64,000 nt of DNA, from assembly GCF_046119375.1 (NCBI RefSeq), contig NW_027362762.1, positions 158,782,001 to 158,846,000 on the forward strand, written 5' to 3'. The position numbers were made by a program, and so were the translations under genes. Positions 61,401 to 64,000 of this stretch are shown here, one piece after another. The notes beneath the pieces are model-generated. The model made no database searches and was not told the origin of the DNA. It saw nothing but the letters and a program-made list of their open reading frames with translations. Every line of letters starts with the position of its first letter. Position 1 is the first letter of the stretch. Source of the stretch: Phyllobates terribilis. Lineage: Eukaryota.

Positions 61401-63491
61401 TTCAATGGCACCTTAAAGCAGATGCTTAAGATGTTGGTCGACTCCCACGGGAGAGACTGGGAGCGTTACCTCCCACACCTCCTATTTGCTTACCGGGAGG
61501 TTCCGCAGGCCTCAACGGGGTTCTCCCCCTTTGAGCTCCTGTACGGGCGACGGGTACGGGGCCCCCTGGCTCTGGTGAAGGAAGCATGGGAAGGGGATTT
61601 GGCCACCCCCGAGGTGTCGGTCATCGAGTATGTCGTGCGCCACCGGGACAGGATGATGGCCTTGGCAAAGCTGGTGCAGGACAATATGGCCCAGGCCCAG
61701 GCCGACCAGAAGCGGTGGTACGACCAGAATGCTTGTGAGAGGACCTACCAGGTGGGTCAAAAGGTGTGGGTACTGGTCCCCGTACCACAGAACAAGCTTC
61801 AGGCAGCCTGGGAAGGTCCCTACTTCGTGCACCAGAAACTCAATGCCGTCACCTATCTGGTCACCCTGGATCACGCCCGTGGAAGGAGGAAGGCCTTCCA
61901 CGTGAACATGATGAAGGCTCATCATGAGCGGGAAGCGACTGCCCACCCAGTGTGCAACCTTCCCGAGGAAGGAGAGGTAGAAACCCTCCTGGATCTGCTC
62001 ACCCAAGCCAAGGCGGGTGGGTCCATCGAGGATGTGGGGGTTGGCCACCAGCTCACGGAGGACCAACGGTCCCAGCTGGGGACCACCCTGCACCCCTTCC
62101 GGGGGCTGTTCAGCAGCCTGCCCGGAAGGACTGAGATGGCTGTCCACGACGTGGACACTGGCGATCACCCGCCGATCCGGCGTTCAGCATATCGGGTCTC
62201 TTTCGAGGTGCAGGGAAACATGCGCCAAGAGATAGACGAGATGCTGAAGCTGGGGGTGATCCAGGCATCCAGCAGCGCGTGGGCCTCGCCTGTAGTCCTC
62301 GTACCAAAGAAGGACCGAACTACACGGTTCTGCGTGGACTACCGGGGGCTCAACGCTGTAACGGCCACCGATGCGTTCCCCATACCACGCATCGATGACC
62401 TGCTCGATCGGATGGCCGGGGCTAAGTACCTGACCATCATGGATCTGAGCCGGGGGTACTGGCAGATTCCTCTGACCCCCGCGGCAAGGGAACGCTCTGC
62501 CTTTATCACCCCTTTTGGACTGTACGAGTCCACAGTGATGCCATTCGGCATGAAGAATGCCCCTGCCACTTTTCAGCGGATGGTCAATACGCTGCTTGAG
62601 GGACTTGAAGGGTACGCGGCTGCGTACTTGGACGATATTGCAGTCTTCAGTCCCACTTGGGAGGATCACCTAGAGCACCTGCGGCAGGTGCTCGGTCGGA
62701 TCCACCGGGCAGGCTTGACCATCAAGCCGGAAAAGTGCCAGCTGGGCATGAGTGAGGTCCTCTACCTGGGTCACCGGGTAGGCGGGGGGGTTCTGAAGCC
62801 AGAACCGGGGAAAGTGGATGCCATCGCATCCTGGCCCACTCCTAGGACCAAAAAGCAGGTGATGTCCTTCTTGGGGACCGCCGGGTACTATAGGAGGTTC
62901 GTCCCACACTATAGCACCCTGGCCAAGCCCCTGACGGACCTCACCAAGAAGAAGCTGCCCGTCGCATTCGACTGGACAGTCGCCTGCGAGACAGCTTTCG
63001 GGGCACTCAAGGCCGCCCTAAGTAGCTCCCCTGTACTGCAAGCTGCCGACTTCGACCGGCCGTTTGTGGTACAGACCGACGCCAGTGACTTTGGCCTCGG
63101 TGCTGTGCTAAGTCAGGTCAACACGACAGGCCAGGAACATCCTGTCTTGTACCTGAGCAGGAAGCTACTGCCCCGGGAGGTGGCTTACTCCACGGTGGAA
63201 AAAGAATGCCTGGCAATTGTATGGGCCCTGCAGCGTCTGCAGCCCTACTTGTACGGGAGCCATTTCACCGTGGAGACGGACCACAACCCCCTCAGCTGGT
63301 TACACACGGTCTCTGGGTCGAATGGCAGGTTGCTACGCTGGAGCCTCGCTCTCCAGCAGTACCACTTCTCCATTCGCCACAGAAGAGGCCGTGACCACGG
63401 TAACGCTGACGGGTTATCCCGGCAAGGGGAGGGTGCAGAAGGACGCACGGGGGAACACAGGAATGTGCTACCCCCTCGCGCCCTCGTATAG
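58500..63491 (+). CDS. Gag-Pol polyprotein, 1663 aa, uninterrupted
   Basis: SCAN-like capsid ~59181-59435; CCHC CHLCNKPGHFRAEC 59583-59624; protease DTG 59757-59765; IN HHCC ~60897-61020 and D-D-E ~61107/61287/61394; GPY ~61815; RT YLDD 62625-62636; RNase H TDAS..EKE..TDH..ADGLSR. Confidence 0.96.
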   Translation: MADGTRSKTLQEANATVRVAGGEDIVTHGEEESSPGTSGSQSPVYGPAVGCPPPTQPSLSRSQALLQAAMASLQSHGDAVYKTLLAASEKAAEEERAERAAERAAEREAAERREVAERAERAAERQHQLDLAQRGLPLEQPTHQETKSSKVRAEDFPLLEKDGDLDSFLVAFERTCLQHHLARDQWARYLTPRLRGKSLDALGDLPAGEVQNYDCIKRALIRQYNLTPESYRQKFRSLLRGPKDTWTDHMRALLRAAEHWTSGLALTTRQEVQELFVTEQFLWNCPEDLRQFLHDRKPTGASATAALADEYANNRAPELKKSASSTWRGGKPSHAPVSPAPRTQGVYPPVALSRQGPDVRRCHLCNKPGHFRAECPQRQKTPSQSQRAPNVLCVGGGGGRSLDNIQPVTIGRSAVMGLRDTGAERTLVRPEVVSPQDLVPGKTLSVSGVGGVEPALPVAMVYLDWGAGRGMREVGVTPNIPANVLLGTDLGRLVSQYVPSEPPSSAPQECIDLSAANANHVVCSVCPAEEEGVKPEGNTCTDTTQTGLVKAGGECGDARRGAQPACRDLLSSGEGGGGQDSVEGSSGMERGAATGSVGLPGVSRLLSIGPLQGEEQAMGGGGVPREEPPGKTPGQEFPTSEMSKGLGSLPDRAAWSETEGKQALPTVTAVIAAVTRSGSAGAQGALQRSDGFPTSDQVSAGSDSGQVTCPEGLTEDVAVSSILATSSQEFQAALEADDSLKALKEQAAQPPMESDCERVVWDQGRLYRVTVQQGSPEAWPRDRQLVVPYPFRAELLRIAHEIPMAGHLGIAKTKARIAQHFYWPGMGAAVGAYCRSCDTCQRVGKAGPRPKAPLVTLPIIEEPFSRVAVDLIGPLSTPSHSGKCFILTVVDYATRYPEAVALSSIRADKVATALLEIFSRVGFPQEMLTDRGTQFMSRLMESLCKQMQVQHLVASPYHPQTNGLCERFNGTLKQMLKMLVDSHGRDWERYLPHLLFAYREVPQASTGFSPFELLYGRRVRGPLALVKEAWEGDLATPEVSVIEYVVRHRDRMMALAKLVQDNMAQAQADQKRWYDQNACERTYQVGQKVWVLVPVPQNKLQAAWEGPYFVHQKLNAVTYLVTLDHARGRRKAFHVNMMKAHHEREATAHPVCNLPEEGEVETLLDLLTQAKAGGSIEDVGVGHQLTEDQRSQLGTTLHPFRGLFSSLPGRTEMAVHDVDTGDHPPIRRSAYRVSFEVQGNMRQEIDEMLKLGVIQASSSAWASPVVLVPKKDRTTRFCVDYRGLNAVTATDAFPIPRIDDLLDRMAGAKYLTIMDLSRGYWQIPLTPAARERSAFITPFGLYESTVMPFGMKNAPATFQRMVNTLLEGLEGYAAAYLDDIAVFSPTWEDHLEHLRQVLGRIHRAGLTIKPEKCQLGMSEVLYLGHRVGGGVLKPEPGKVDAIASWPTPRTKKQVMSFLGTAGYYRRFVPHYSTLAKPLTDLTKKKLPVAFDWTVACETAFGALKAALSSSPVLQAADFDRPFVVQTDASDFGLGAVLSQVNTTGQEHPVLYLSRKLLPREVAYSTVEKECLAIVWALQRLQPYLYGSHFTVETDHNPLSWLHTVSGSNGRLLRWSLALQQYHFSIRHRRGRDHGNADGLSRQGEGAEGRTGEHRNVLPPRALV

Positions 63492-63498
63492 GGGGAGG
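63490..63498 (+). promoter_or_regulatory. Polypurine tract
   Basis: agggggagg abuts the 3' LTR and overlaps the TAG stop. Confidence 0.85.
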
Positions 63499-64000
63499 TG
63501 TGATGAACCTGTAGCCGCCATCTTGGTAATGATAAATCATATCCAGGGATGGCCACACTTCAGCAGCCCCCACCCTTGGGACCTTCTGTTAAAACGTCAA
63601 CTAGATAGTTTCCCCCCATCCAGGCTCCTGTAAGATAAGAAGCCTACTTAACACTTGAATGCTAGGAGCTTCAAAGACTTCGAGAGGAAACACAGCCAGC
63701 AGGGGGGGGTGCTTCGTCTATCTGTACCTGACCATTTGTCCCATAGGACTAGTTTCTTTGTCTGTCACAAGCATGGAGGCATAAGATATAGAAACATGAA
63801 AAGTACACGCATGTTGCGTGGGATGGGCCAATAAAAAAAATATCACGGCGTCCCGGAGCCATTGCGCACACAAGCCTCCGCGGTAGACGTTTGTACGTGC
63901 TCTGGAAGCCAAGATATAGCGCTGAGCCATTCCTGAGGACCGTATGGTATCATAATTGATATCAAAAGGTCGGTTACGGCGGCCCGAATCCGTGGGAACC
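63499..64000 (+). repeat. 3' LTR (partial)
   Basis: Matches 56835-57336 at a constant offset of 6664; no differences seen by eye. Confidence 0.95.

Larger units (their letters stand above)
56835..64000 (+). mobile_element. Gmr1-type Ty3/Gypsy LTR retrotransposon (3' LTR runs off the window)
   Basis: Two LTRs, PBS, PPT and a single gag-pol ORF with the order PR-IN-RT-RH. Confidence 0.96.

Noticed and set aside
58705-63573. Many antisense and alternate-frame ORFs over the Gypsy element (e.g. 61512..62168, 218 aa)
   Set aside because: Expected shadow ORFs of GC-rich coding DNA; no motifs.

Overview
Eukaryotic, repeat-dense window with no recognisable host protein-coding exon, rRNA, tRNA gene or CRISPR array. 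It is probably an intron or intergenic region of a frog genome (inference from T2/Kolobok-type TTAA MITEs, V-SINE-like elements and the Tc1, hAT and CR1 types present). Roughly two thirds is transposon-derived. (i) At least ten Tc1-like elements or relics cover four catalytic spacings: DD34E, DD35E, DD37E and DD38E. One of them, a DD35E copy at 15535-17104, has an intact ORF, both TIRs and a TA TSD. (ii) A hAT element starts at 49649 and carries a 13x110-bp internal array fused directly to an open 928-codon BED-finger transposase with intact catalytic motifs. (iii) A Gmr1-type Ty3/Gypsy retrotransposon (56835 to the window end) has a single 1663-aa gag-PR-IN-RT-RNaseH ORF, a tRNA-Leu-type PBS, a PPT and LTRs that look identical over the 502 bp that can be compared. 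(iv) The remainder includes a decayed RTE (BovB/AviRTE-like) LINE, a CR1 3' end, SINEs, many hAT, Harbinger, Kolobok and piggyBac-type non-autonomous elements (often nested or chained), degenerate hammerhead-ribozyme motifs of the Penelope type, and a 149-N assembly gap. I found no unambiguous new biological system. The most interesting items are known element classes in unusually intact or unusually structured states. Family names rest on motifs read by eye, with no database search, and boundaries of decayed elements are approximate.
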